Positions 31,325-42,027 of a stretch of DNA of 64,000 bases are shown here, one piece after another. A program made the translations under genes and the position numbers. The notes beneath the pieces were generated by a model. The model had not been told where the DNA came from, did not search any database, and worked only from the letters and a program-made list of their open reading frames with translations. Origin of the DNA: an uncultured Nitrospiraceae bacterium (lineage in GTDB: Bacteria; Nitrospirota; Thermodesulfovibrionia; Thermodesulfovibrionales; Dissulfurispiraceae); the NCBI GenBank assembly GCA_963727805.1, contig CAVSHF010000003.1, positions 1,056,001 to 1,120,000 of the forward strand, written 5' to 3'. Numbering within the stretch: the first letter of the stretch is position 1; every line of letters begins with the position of its first letter.

Positions 31325-32284
31325 GTGAGTCCCCCGTGTACGCCCTGATTATAAGATTTTTTGCGCTGGTCTGATTTTCGGCTCTAAAGAAGTCTTCCTA
31401 CTTCAAGCTTATACAACAGTAAAAACTTAATATGTCACCACAAATTGTATTGTGTAGGCATAAAATATTAGTTGCCTGATAGGTCAGGACAATACGTTTT
31501 GTACAGGAACTTAACACCAAGCGAACTATATTCCCGATAGTACTTCATACAATTATGATTAGGTCGACTACTGTGATGTACTGTGAAAAAGTTAGTCTGC
31601 GAATAGCACCTGATACACCACACTTTTGTTAAATTATAGACGATAATTATGTCAAAAAATCGTCTCGGATAACCGACAAGCTTTAAATCTTTAGATTTGG
31701 TGACGCCCGTCACAGCAATCCAGAGGGACTGACCTCCACGACAAAACAAAGAGGCGCATAGCCGCAGCGCAAATGGATTCAAGGAGCAGCGTGCGCTCAC
31801 AAAGGAAAAATCTGTTTCGCTCATTTGTATTTACAGATGTCAAAGATTTCTCCAGGAACTTCGCACTGGAGCAGCTAGATCCAAAAAGCACACGATGGAA
31901 GAACGAATGAACAAATTCGGGCAACTTGTAAAGTTACAGGATGACCTTCCCCGAGTATTTCTGTTTGTACATCTCCGCAGATTCAGGGTACCCGCTGGTG
32001 CGTCTAACTCTGAGCAGTTGATACAATGAATACCGATTTTTTCCAAAGGCGTTGATTTGCGATTCAATAATCAAATGTTGATCGTTTTCGAAGTCTGACC
32101 TATTGGGGTCCGAGGCTCGGCCGAATTATTTTTGTTATTGCATCACCGCCACTTTATGAAAAATACCATGTCCAATTTGTCACTCCCAGAAAGATAACTA
32201 GGGCGAGAAAGATTATGCACTAAAAGAGGATTAATATCCGTGGTATAAAAACCCTTCGGAATACATTTAAATTCCAAGTAGTTA

Positions 32285-32312
32285 TGGTCGGAGCGATCCG
32301 ATTTGAACGGAT
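32285..32312 (-). other. tRNA-Pro 3'-end fragment, att-core-like site 1
   Basis: Minus strand ATCCG-TTCAAAT-CGGAT-CGCTCCG-A-CCA forms a T-arm, acceptor strand and CCA; the 5' half of the tRNA is absent. Confidence 0.7.
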
Positions 32313-32585
32313 TTTCGCCCTGCCATTCTTTTCTTATATTTAAATATGTTATGCCATCTTAAAGCCCTAAAATCGGTGGAGTGGACGTAGAGTGGACTGG
32401 ACGTTGATCGCATGACAAAAACTATGTGTTAGTGGCCTTAAAATCGCTTTGGTGAGGATCTGTCGCCCAAAAGTACCTACTGATGATGACCATCGACGCT
32501 GCCGGCATCAGATATGGTGATTTGCGAAAATAACTGCTACAGAAGAATCCGTCCAACATTTTGACCTTTGATGGACAACGCATAC

Positions 32586-32629
32586 TTGACAAACATCAGT
32601 TCGGAAAGTAAAGTAGTTGCATATACAAC
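32586..32629 (+). promoter_or_regulatory. Sigma70 promoter plus putative MarR operator
   Basis: TTGACA-17-TAAAGT followed by near-palindrome GTTGCATATACAAC (32616-32629). Confidence 0.7.
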
Positions 32630-32641
32630 ACTAGAGCAGGC

Positions 32642-33100
32642 ATGGACGAAAAACAGACATTAAAACTTATCGAAACAGTGGGCCGGGAGTGCCTTGCTGG
32701 TCGTGTACGCAAGCTCAGTCGCGTGATCACCGGAATATATGACAGGACCATGCAGCCCCATGGGATCAAAGTTAACCAGGCAGGCATCTTGATCATGCTC
32801 TCTCTCGTCGAGAAACCGACGGCTGGCGATATATGCCGATATTTTCAGATGGAAAAATCAACAGTCAGCCGCAACGTCGAACGCATGAGGAAACAGGGCT
32901 GGATAGAAGCCAGCGAAGGAGAGGGGACTCTTTCTCAGGTACTCACGGTCACTCCGAAAGGGAAAAAGATGCTGGCTGATATTTATGGAAAATGGGAAAA
33001 GGCCCAGAGAGAGGTGTCCGAATTGCTGGGCGAAGATGGTGTGAAGGCGATCCACATCCTGACTGGCCGCCTCTCAGAACCAAAGGAGAGAGAGAAATAA
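32642..33100 (+). CDS. MarR family transcriptional regulator
   Basis: Winged HTH MEKSTVSRNVERM..QGWI; LTVTPKG. Confidence 0.9.
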   Translation: MDEKQTLKLIETVGRECLAGRVRKLSRVITGIYDRTMQPHGIKVNQAGILIMLSLVEKPTAGDICRYFQMEKSTVSRNVERMRKQGWIEASEGEGTLSQVLTVTPKGKKMLADIYGKWEKAQREVSELLGEDGVKAIHILTGRLSEPKEREK

Positions 33101-33120
33101 GACATTTTTTTGGATTAGAG

Positions 33121-33134
33121 GTTGCATATACACC
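33121..33134 (+). promoter_or_regulatory. Second copy of the putative MarR operator
   Basis: GTTGCATATACACC, 13/14 identical to 32616-32629, just upstream of ATG 33148. Confidence 0.65.
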
Positions 33135-33147
33135 CAAGGGAGACGGC

Positions 33148-34488
33148 ATGCAAAATCTGAATGGGCACCCAGCAGTAAAACGCTATTATGAAAAGAAGGG
33201 TGGAAGCAAAGGTGTCAATATGGCGTCCAAGCTCAGTCATAACGACATCCGGCGGATGTGTCTTGAATTCGGCGCTGACGACATAGGTTTTGTAGAGATC
33301 GATAGACCGGAGCTTGACGATCAGCGAGACGATATCCTGAAGATGTTTCCATGGACAAAATCATTGGTGAGTTTTGTCGGACGACTCAACCGGGAAAACC
33401 TGAGAAGCCCAGCCCGCTCTGTATCAAGCTTGGAACTGAATAAGGTCAGCGATAAACTTGAAGATACGTCTCACAAATTGGTGGCCTATCTGGAACGCAT
33501 TGGGGTGAAAAGCGTCGCACCTGCTGTAGGGTTCCCAATGGAAATGGACCAATGGCTTGGAAAGATATTTGTTGTTTCTCACAAACCGGTCGCAGTAGCG
33601 GCTGGACTCGGGCAGATGGGACTGCATCGTAGTGTTATACATCCGGTCTTCGGCAGTTTTGTGTTGCTCAACACTGTGCTAATCGAAGCAGCTATGGACG
33701 AATATAACGCTCCACTTGATTACAATCCCTGTCTCGGATGCAGACTCTGTTCAGCCGCCTGTCCCACTGGCGCAATCGAGCCGGACGGCTATTATAACCC
33801 TGCAAACTGCATGACACACACTTACCGGGAACTGATCGGAGGCTTTACTGACTGGGTCGAAAATATCGCGAACAGTAAAAACTCGTGTGATTATAGAAGC
33901 AAGGTGAGCGATGCCGAGACCGTATCCATGTGGCAGAGTCTGGCGAATGGGCCGTGTTACAAGTCCGTCTATTGTATGGCGGTATGCCCAGCTGGAGAGG
34001 ATGTTATGCCTGAGTTTCTTACTGACAGGAAGAAATATATAAAAGACGTCGTAAAGCCGCTGCAGGATAAGGAAGAGACAGTCTATGTCCTTCCAGGCTC
34101 CGATGCCGAAAGTCACGTGCTCCGCGCGTTCCCCCACAAAAAAATTAAGCGTGTTAATAACGGCGTCAGGCCGCCTTCAATCAAGTCCTTCCTCGGCGCC
34201 ATCCCAATAGCGTTTCAACGTAATAAGTCGGCAGGGATTGATGCCACTTATCACTTCACTTTTTCAGGAGAAGAACATGTATCGGCAACAGTCACTATTA
34301 CTAACAAAACCGTAACTGTCAAAAAAGGACATGAAGGCGTTGCTGATATTCACATAAAGGCCGACAGCAGTGCTTGGTTGAGGGTGCTGCATAAAGACAG
34401 CCCGATGCTAAAAGAAATTGTTTTCAGGAACATACGGGTCAAGGGACCGATAAGGCTGTTGAAGGCATTCGGGAACTGTTTCGCATAG
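33148..34488 (+). CDS. QueG/reductive dehalogenase-like Fe-S protein with a C-terminal SCP2 domain
   Basis: GADDIG, SHKPVAVAAGLGQMG, CLGCRLCSAACP, C...CMAVCP; SCP2-like C-terminus (IRVKG). Confidence 0.8.
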   Translation: MQNLNGHPAVKRYYEKKGGSKGVNMASKLSHNDIRRMCLEFGADDIGFVEIDRPELDDQRDDILKMFPWTKSLVSFVGRLNRENLRSPARSVSSLELNKVSDKLEDTSHKLVAYLERIGVKSVAPAVGFPMEMDQWLGKIFVVSHKPVAVAAGLGQMGLHRSVIHPVFGSFVLLNTVLIEAAMDEYNAPLDYNPCLGCRLCSAACPTGAIEPDGYYNPANCMTHTYRELIGGFTDWVENIANSKNSCDYRSKVSDAETVSMWQSLANGPCYKSVYCMAVCPAGEDVMPEFLTDRKKYIKDVVKPLQDKEETVYVLPGSDAESHVLRAFPHKKIKRVNNGVRPPSIKSFLGAIPIAFQRNKSAGIDATYHFTFSGEEHVSATVTITNKTVTVKKGHEGVADIHIKADSSAWLRVLHKDSPMLKEIVFRNIRVKGPIRLLKAFGNCFA

Positions 34489-34526
34489 AAATGTTTCAAT
34501 AATGTCCAGATTGCTTATGTGCATTC

Positions 34527-34613
34527 TAAGTAGTACAGTGGTCGGTTCTCAATAACACCTGATAATCATCGAAGTTACCGGTACTAGGAATTTAGTGATT
34601 CCTAGAAAAAATA
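34527..34613 (-). repeat. Dispersed repeat, copy C
   Basis: Reverse complement aligns with 45067-45160 (CCTAGTAC, CGATGA, CAGGT, GAGAACCGACCA, CTGTACTACTTA). Confidence 0.75.
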
Positions 34614-34854
34614 TTGCATGATGATACTTGTGATATTACAATTTGCATTGAATCATTGATCAGCCGACAATTATATATATATCTGCTCGGCACAAGGAAT
34701 AAAATAATCATCGGGCAATAATTAGCGTTCCCTCTTTTTATTCCCAGGCTAAGGTAAGGAATAACCCCCTCTTTGGCAACCTGCCATCTCTTGTTATACT
34801 TACAAACATAAGATTCCGGACTACCACGATCATTACTTCAAGAGGAGGATATTT

Positions 34855-35487
34855 ATGGCTCGTTTACTTTATATTGAGGCTTCGCCAAGAAAAGACCGTT
34901 CAGCTTCCATCGAAGTTGCCAAGGCCTTTATTGAAGCCTACAAGGTTTCGCATCAGGGTGATGTCATTGATACTATAGATCTCTGGAAGGCAGACCTGCC
35001 GCCTTTTGACGGCGATACAGTCAACGCTAAATACTCGATCCTTCATGGCCAGCCGAAGACCCCTGCTGAGGAGAAGGCATGGAAGGCGATCGAGCGGATC
35101 ATAGCTGATTTCAAATCAGCGGACAAGTACCTTTTTTCGCTGCCGATGTGGAATTTCGGCATCCCGTACAAGCTGAAACATTATATAGATATACTTGTCC
35201 AGCCGTCCTATACATTTTCTTACTCCCCCGCGGAAGGCTATAAGGGCATGGTGACAGGCAAACCGGTAGCGATAGCGTATGCCCGAGGAGGCTCTTATCC
35301 AAAGGGTACGCCCGAGATGTCTTACGATTTCCAGATACCCTACTTCCAACTGGTACTCGGCTTTATCGGGTTCACAGATGTTAAGCAGATAGTGGTCGAA
35401 CCGATGCTCATGGCCGAACCTCGTCAGAAACAGGATATCATGGAAGTCGCGCGGAAAGAGGCCCGGTTCATAGCTCAAAATTTCTGA
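34855..35487 (+). CDS. azoR: FMN-dependent NADH-azoreductase
   Basis: ASPR..RSAS, PMWNFGIP..LKHYID, ARGG, LGFIG motifs. Confidence 0.9.
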   Translation: MARLLYIEASPRKDRSASIEVAKAFIEAYKVSHQGDVIDTIDLWKADLPPFDGDTVNAKYSILHGQPKTPAEEKAWKAIERIIADFKSADKYLFSLPMWNFGIPYKLKHYIDILVQPSYTFSYSPAEGYKGMVTGKPVAIAYARGGSYPKGTPEMSYDFQIPYFQLVLGFIGFTDVKQIVVEPMLMAEPRQKQDIMEVARKEARFIAQNF

Positions 35488-35794
35488 AGATATGATAGCT
35501 GTACATTGATCATTCTGCATAACAAAGAGGGAGCGCTTTGAGTCGGGCTACGGTGTTAGACATGCAAACGTGTATTTATAAGTTATAATGAAAAGAGAAG
35601 TGCGTTGTTACTTAGGATGCAAATCTTCGATAGTTTCTTATGATACTCAGCATCTGACCAGCTTTATGAAGGGTGCAGCATAGGACGCTTGGCCGAGCAA
35701 GACCTCTCAGAATTACCTTTTAAACGAAGCACCTATGCCTTTCATGGCAGCCTAGCGATTGCTGTGATGATCTGAGGTAGATGCTAACACATAC

Positions 35795-35838
35795 TAATAA
35801 TCGAGAGGGACCTCAGTATCATAAAATCGATGATTAGC
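35795..35838 (+). repeat. Dispersed repeat, copy D (core only)
   Basis: AATCG-N27-TGATT with TAAAATCGATGA. Confidence 0.5.
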
Positions 35839-36127
35839 AAAATAATTTGGTATTCCCAGGCAATTCTGACAAGGCGTGATGCTTCCTAGACGCAGCGTGG
35901 CTGACATGCTTGTGAGCTCTACTATTATAGATTGAACTTGATAATTAAGCGCCTTCTCCAAATTCTCTGGGAGTCATTAATCTCAAAATAGTTGTTTGAT
36001 TGAAAGGCTGGCCGTTCAGTGATATTCTGTAACAAGAAGGGAAGCTCCCGCAACAGAGACTAAAATATTTGCGCGGTAGCAGTTATATGCATTAATACAC
36101 AACATGCATGAGAAAGGAGAACAGAGC

Positions 36128-36448
36128 ATGAAATACTTAGTGATCGGTTCTGGAGGACCTGGGTTTGCCAATTCAGAAGAAGCAGTCAGTGTGCTTCAGG
36201 AAATAATACTTCCAAGTTTTGATAAACTCATTGGGCTTGAGAAAAAGAAAAAAATCCTTGCTGGTGGACTCCCTGTGGGAGATAGGGCATTCGTGTTCAT
36301 AGCTGAAGCAGCTTCGAACGAAGAATTAGATCAACTGCTTCGAGAGCTTCCTATGTGGGGCGCTTTAGATTGGGAAGTCACCCCCCTTCAAACATTCGCC
36401 GGCAGAGCAGCCCAAGAAAGAAATATAGTCAGAGAACTTAAGAAGTAG
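36128..36448 (+). CDS. Muconolactone isomerase-like small protein
   Basis: EAASNEELDQLLRELPMW...EVTPL motif; RBS AAGGAG. Confidence 0.7.
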   Translation: MKYLVIGSGGPGFANSEEAVSVLQEIILPSFDKLIGLEKKKKILAGGLPVGDRAFVFIAEAASNEELDQLLRELPMWGALDWEVTPLQTFAGRAAQERNIVRELKK

Positions 36449-36456
36449 CGATCCCC

Positions 36457-36490
36457 AAACGGGGATGCGGTTCTGACTGTATCCCCGTTT
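36457..36490 (+). terminator. Terminator hairpin
   Basis: AAACGGGGATGCGG...CTGTATCCCCGTTT directly after the stop. Confidence 0.6.
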
Positions 36491-36523
36491 AGGTCTGTTA
36501 GGCTGTGATGCAGAAATGACAAT

Positions 36524-36589
36524 ACCTGATAGTTCTCACCGAGGACACATCGTCAAAGATGTTGAGTTCCCCAATAATGTGTCACAAAT
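36524..36589 (-). repeat. Dispersed repeat, copy E
   Basis: Reverse complement aligns with 27983-28033 (TTGTGACACATT, TCAACA, TGTCCTC.GTG) and ends in TATCAGGT. Confidence 0.6.
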
Positions 36590-37249
36590 GGTTTGCGGTG
36601 TGCATACCGTCAAGAGACATGATACATTCTTACACTGTCCAAGAAGAGCTTTTGGCAAAGTTTCAGAGAAGGTTGGATCAAAGGACTGGCCTTCTCCTCT
36701 TCGCATATGCCATACATCTGAAGCACGAGTAAGGGTAACATAGAGTGACATACTGTAACCACAGCCGCACAGACCCTAACGAGTGAACGCCTTGTCAGAG
36801 GAAGTCTTCATTTACTGATGAGGCGTTCACCTGCAGACTAGTTTCAAAAAGTAGTTTAACTTTTTCCCCTGCAGTGTCTTCACGCTTGTAACCTTCTGCT
36901 TATCTTTTTCGTCTAACCATATTAATAGCAGATATACTGTCATTGGAGGAAGTGTAATGAGGGGGCCAAATCGTTTTTCAGTACTTACTGTCGCAGTTTC
37001 GTTGGAATTAGAAGACTCTGAAACGAACCATTGAAGGTTGAGACAATAGATAAAGAGAGAGGGTATAATTACGTCCCTCGAAGGGCACGCGCCTTTTTAA
37101 GGTCTTGTAAATCAAGCTTTTTTCCCCAATTCGCACTCACAATGTTTCGCTTTGTTTGCAAAGGAGAAAAGGATCGAGAGGGACGAGGAGGCCTTTTGAT
37201 GCGAAAGGTGCATCAAAAAGAGTATCAACTTTGTAAACGGGAGAGAAAA

Positions 37250-37722
37250 ATGGCAAGATACATAAGAACGTTGTGCTTATTGGTTGTTGGTGCACTGCTT
37301 TTAGTCTTAATAGGAGCTGCAACCCGAAGTGAGACGGGGGTAAATGTAAATATAATCTCCCATCCATCGGGTTTACTGCTCGGCCCGACTTGGTTGTGAT
37401 ACCTGGAACGTATGTTTGCATTGTCCCTGATGTTGCTGCATATGTTCTATTTTTTTAAGACTACTGGTGGCGGCCTCATGAAGGGCACTGGTACAGATCC
37501 TGGGACTATAAAGGATTGTGGGGGCACATCGAGCCTGGGAGGTTTCCCAATGGATTGAGAGCACTGCCACAGGACTATCGCCATCGTTTATCGTCTGGAT
37601 ACGAACGTTTGCACAATGGCGACATGCAAAAGAACTGGATAAAATGGGAGAAGGAATAACATTGGGACAGACGAGATGAGCAAGACCGCGTAGGACGGGA
37701 TGAACAAAGAGGCTGGTATTAA
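37250..37722 (+). pseudogene. Degenerate homologue of the Trp/Tyr-rich secreted protein at 23012
   Basis: Signal peptide, one frameshift, then VIPGTYV..VPDV..LFF*DYWWRPHEGHWYRS with two internal stops. Confidence 0.75.
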
Positions 37723-37793
37723 ACTTACAAAAAAGAAAGCCGAGTTTGATGCTTTTCCATCATCCTGCTCACAAAACATGAGGAGAAACACTT

Positions 37794-39824
37794 TTGAGAA
37801 GCCTTATTATTCGTAAACTGGTTATTCAAACTGCGCTAGGAATATCACTCATACTCCTGATTCTCGGGGTATCCCGATTCCTTATGCTATTCAACTTCGG
37901 AAATGCTTCTGTACTTGCAGGCCACAGCAATGACCTGATTCGAATGTTCTTTCGCGGATCGCGCTTTGACCTACGTGTGGCGACAATAGCTCACGCGCCA
38001 TTTTTGCTATTGGGATTTCTCTTATTACCATGGACCTCGCTTGCCCAGTCTTACATAAAGAAATTACATTATGTTGCTGCGTTGCTTGGACTGGCGGCCT
38101 TTGTGGCAGCGGTTTTCAATTATTATTACTATGCGACCTACGGAAGTTATTTCAACGTATTCATTTTTGGTCTGGTTGAGGAGGAAACCCATTCCGTCCT
38201 AATAAATATATGGGATGACTACCCCATACTTCGCTTCATTGCCAGTACGTTTTTTTTAGGATTTATATTCGAACGCACCATGAAGTGGCTGTGGAATAGG
38301 CTGGATAAGCAAGCATGGCAACCATGGTCGAAAATCTCAACGACCATATTTACCGTCATTATTATTCTTTGTTATGCAGTAGGCACTCGCGGCTCCGTAG
38401 GCACATTTCCATTACGAAGAGATGATGCCCAAGTCTCAAATCTCCAACTTATTAATATGGTAACACCAAATGCTGTGGTGGCACTGAGTTGGGCGATATC
38501 GGATCATAGAAAGGACAGCCGTTATCCGATAGCAGAAGACAATGAAGGACAAAAACTTTTTTCTAAATTCCTTGGATACTCAATACCAAAGAGTGAGGTT
38601 ACCTTGCAGCAGTTTGCCGATCGCACTCCGAAAAATCTTTACCTTGAACAGCACCCTCCACATGTTGTCTTTGCCGTCATGGAAAGCCTGAGCAATCATT
38701 TGTTAACCTATGACGCTCCTCCCAGAAGAGACCTTCTTGGTGCGTGGCGAAAGTACTGGCAGAGTGATTACACTTTCAGACGTTTTGTGTCGGATGGAAA
38801 TGGCACCATGGACTCGTTAGCTCGCTTGCTGGTTTCGAGCCCCGTAAAAAACATCGGTCAATCAAGGGCGCAACGTACACCTTTTGAAAGTAATCTTGTG
38901 CGACCCTACAAGGTTAAGGGATACCGCACTATTTTTATCACGTCAGGTAGCGGTTCCTGGTGTAATCTGTCCTCATTTCTAAAACATCTTGGCTTCGATG
39001 AAGTTATTGAGCAGAACGATCTTGTCAATCGCTATTCTGCAGCAAAGCTGGGCACATGGGGTACATTTGACGAATTCAGTTTTCGTTATGCAGAGGAGCG
39101 TTTGGAGGAAGCAGACAAAAAGGGAGAAAAGTTATTCATTATGATTTTGAGTATCACGAATCACCCACCGTATGCGGTCCCCTCTAGCTTTAAACAACCT
39201 CCCCATGAATTGGATGAGTCGATGCGTCAACGACTTTCTGCACTTTCTCCTAATATTGACCTCATGATTGCAACTTTCCAGTATGCAAATGATTCAATCG
39301 GCCACTTCATACAACAGATTGAAAAAAAAGGTATTGGAGATCATACCATGATAGCCGTAACTGGTGACCACAATATGCGCGTCATTGGCTACCCTGATCC
39401 AAAAGAATGTGTATTGCAATACTCAGTACCCTTCTTTCTTCATGTTCCACATAAATACCAACAACAATTACCAGGACTTGTATATGACCCAAAGCGCGTT
39501 GGTAGCCATAAGGACATCATGCCAACGCTGTATGCTTTGAGTCTTTCAGATACCCCTTATTATCGCAGAGGGGTCAATCTACTGGCAAAAAATGTCAGTT
39601 CACCTTGGTATTTCGCATACAATGAAGCGATCGGACTTTCCGAGGAGGGAGCTTATCCACTTACAGGGCAGCCTGCGTTCTATCCCTGGCGAGACGGGAC
39701 TGGCTTGATGGTTGTGGCTGGTGGAAATTTAGACAGTGAACATCGAAGAGAGTTTGATCGAATCATGTCTTACAAATCACTCTTGCGTTGGCAGTTGAAT
39801 CGCCAAGTGAATCGTCAACCGTAA
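37794..39824 (+). CDS. LTA synthase / phosphoglycerol transferase (sulfatase superfamily)
   Basis: N-terminal TM helices; VMES, GT, TNHPPY, GDH, SHKDIMPTL motifs. Confidence 0.88.
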   Translation: MRSLIIRKLVIQTALGISLILLILGVSRFLMLFNFGNASVLAGHSNDLIRMFFRGSRFDLRVATIAHAPFLLLGFLLLPWTSLAQSYIKKLHYVAALLGLAAFVAAVFNYYYYATYGSYFNVFIFGLVEEETHSVLINIWDDYPILRFIASTFFLGFIFERTMKWLWNRLDKQAWQPWSKISTTIFTVIIILCYAVGTRGSVGTFPLRRDDAQVSNLQLINMVTPNAVVALSWAISDHRKDSRYPIAEDNEGQKLFSKFLGYSIPKSEVTLQQFADRTPKNLYLEQHPPHVVFAVMESLSNHLLTYDAPPRRDLLGAWRKYWQSDYTFRRFVSDGNGTMDSLARLLVSSPVKNIGQSRAQRTPFESNLVRPYKVKGYRTIFITSGSGSWCNLSSFLKHLGFDEVIEQNDLVNRYSAAKLGTWGTFDEFSFRYAEERLEEADKKGEKLFIMILSITNHPPYAVPSSFKQPPHELDESMRQRLSALSPNIDLMIATFQYANDSIGHFIQQIEKKGIGDHTMIAVTGDHNMRVIGYPDPKECVLQYSVPFFLHVPHKYQQQLPGLVYDPKRVGSHKDIMPTLYALSLSDTPYYRRGVNLLAKNVSSPWYFAYNEAIGLSEEGAYPLTGQPAFYPWRDGTGLMVVAGGNLDSEHRREFDRIMSYKSLLRWQLNRQVNRQP

Positions 39825-40290
39825 CGTATTTGGCGATTCGCTGCTATGAAGACGGCGCAGTTTTGAGTCGCCCCCAGATTATTTTCTACCCAGCAATATA
39901 TTCAGGATACTTCTCCACGATTGTTTGCTATGAGTTATTATTTCCCCAAAGGCAATTTCGGAGTAAGCTGCAGCGCATGAAGTGAGCTGTTAATCAACGC
40001 CTTCGATTGCCCCGCCACCGACGTTCATCTTTGACCTGGGCTATTCTTAACTACTTTCTTTAAAAGACTCGTGTTTTTTGTGCATTAGGTGTTTACTTGC
40101 CTGGAAAAGCGCGCTGCCTATAGGTATGTTAAAAATGAGAAGGCAGCTCAGCAGGAAATTATGCATCAGTGGGGTCATGACAATGTACGAACTCAGAAGC
40201 ATTATATTGTCGACAATTAGGATGGTTACCCACGTGGCACCTGCGTGGCTTAAAATAACGCTTGCAAAACCATTGAATTACATGGGCTTT

Positions 40291-40318
40291 TGGTCGGAGC
40301 GAGCCGATTTGAACGGAT
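40291..40318 (-). other. tRNA-Pro 3'-end fragment, att-core-like site 2
   Basis: 27/28 identical to 32285-32312 and in the same orientation. Confidence 0.7.
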
Positions 40319-40378
40319 AATGTCTTGTCTAATTTAGCTTTTTTGCAAGTACTTAGTAAGATTACATAGTGCCATATT

Positions 40379-40400
40379 TACATCCGTGGTACATCCGTGG
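40379..40400 (+). repeat. 11-bp tandem repeat, possible integrase arm-type sites
   Basis: TACATCCGTGG x2, about 60 bp from the tRNA fragment. Confidence 0.5.
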
Positions 40401-40703
40401 ATGCTATTTCCCGCTAAGGAATTCAAACCGCCCCACTCTACTAATCTATGCGCAAATTAGCACACAAAAAAGTTTAAGCCGAAGGCGATTCAACGAATTA
40501 CATTATGGGGGGTATTACCTTTTTTGCTAATTTTTTACATTTTGCAGGCAATCTCTGCCCAAACGTAGACTTTCGATTACGTAACTTTTCACCGTATAGT
40601 CGCAATAACTCACAATAACCGAGCCTGACAGTTTTCTGTCACCGGTGAGATATTTTTTCAGAAATTATTATCAATTGAAAGCCTCTTCGTATTATTTACG
40701 TGC

Positions 40704-41165
40704 AGACCCTATGATTAAAAAGTAGAAGACAATCCCCCAATCGGGTATGTAGTATCTGGACAGAAGCAACAAACCGACAGAAGGAGGACTTGTCATGAAT
40801 AAGATTAGCAAACTCAGTTCTAAGGGTCAACAGATTTATGTTGGGATGCATGTTCATAAGAAGAGCTGGAGCATAAGTATTCTTACGGATAAGTTTGAAC
40901 ATAAGACTTTTACGCAACTTCCTGGGTAGGCACACTGGTGAATTATCTCAAGCACAATTTTCCCGGCGCGTCATATAAATCGGTTTATGAAGCTGGCTAC
41001 TGTGGTTTCTGGCTTCACGATCGCCTGCAAGAGCGCGGGTTATAGTCAATCCGGCCGATGTACCTACGAAGGACAAGGAACAGACAAAGAAAACCGATCA
41101 AGTGGACTGCCGCAAGCTGGCAAGAAGTCTCGGGAACGGAGAGATTGAGGGCATATATGTCCCCT
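40704..41165 (+). pseudogene. Degenerate IS110-family transposase 5' remnant, copy 2
   Basis: ATG 40795; QIYVGMHVHKKSW, YEAGYCGFW, KKTDQVDCRKLA with frameshifts; truncated. Confidence 0.8.
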
Positions 41166-41490
41166 ATAAGGCGCATCATTTGACTGCCCTTCTCAACTGT
41201 TCGCCCTCGGGAAGCATGCTGAACGTGTTAACCTCCGTATCTCCAGTTGATTAAATGTCATATATCGACATTGGGTGCTTGAAGAAAATCCAAAAGGAGT
41301 GTCCGATGCACTCATGAACTTTCTGTGATACCTGAAGAAACCAAATCACACAGAAAGGACAAAGAAGGAAAGAAGGAACGAAAATAGGGGGAGATAAGAA
41401 TATTGAAGGAAACGTATAATTGTATACGGGTTGAGTAGTTCTTAGCATTAAGACTTTTACAATACGATGAAGTTGCAAAGGAGGTTTAAA

Positions 41491-42027
41491 ATGAAGAGAC
41501 TTACGTCGTTCACGATTATAATTCTCTTAGGTCTCGTACTCTGTCCTCTAACGGCCAGCGCAGGAGAGTACCAGAAAGGTGCGGTTACCCACTCCGGAGA
41601 CTTTGAAAAGATGAAAGGTTTAGTGGGCGTGTGGGAGGGGAAAGGAGACATGGGCAAGGGAATGGATAGCATCAAGGCAACCTATGAGCTTACTTCAGCC
41701 GGAAACGCCATTGTTGAGCGGCTCTTTGTTGGGCAACCCCATGAGATGGTCACTGTCTATCACGATTTTAAGGGAAAGTTGAGCATGACCCACTACTGCT
41801 CTCTAGGAAACCAGCCCCATATGGATCTCATGAATCCCGGCGAGAACACGATGATGTTCGTCCTGTCTAAGAAGAATCCCAACCTTTCGTCGGTGAAAGA
41901 GACTCATATGCATGCGCTTAAAATTTCGATGGGCAGCAAGGATAGCATCACCCAGACGTGGACGCTCTATGAAAAGGGAAAGAAGAAATCAGATACCGTG
42001 ATCAACTTGGTGCGCACAAAAGCCTGA
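41491..42027 (+). CDS. Secreted hypothetical protein
   Basis: RBS AAGGAGG, signal peptide, EMVTVYH...THYCSLGNQP, HMH. Confidence 0.8.
   Translation: MKRLTSFTIIILLGLVLCPLTASAGEYQKGAVTHSGDFEKMKGLVGVWEGKGDMGKGMDSIKATYELTSAGNAIVERLFVGQPHEMVTVYHDFKGKLSMTHYCSLGNQPHMDLMNPGENTMMFVLSKKNPNLSSVKETHMHALKISMGSKDSITQTWTLYEKGKKKSDTVINLVRTKA

Noticed and set aside
31630..31658. dif-like site (TTATGTCAAAA resembles a XerD arm)
   Set aside because: No convincing XerC arm at 6-bp spacing.
31468..32067. Several short minus-strand ORFs
   Set aside because: They overlap, lack RBS or motifs, and are probably decayed or non-coding DNA.
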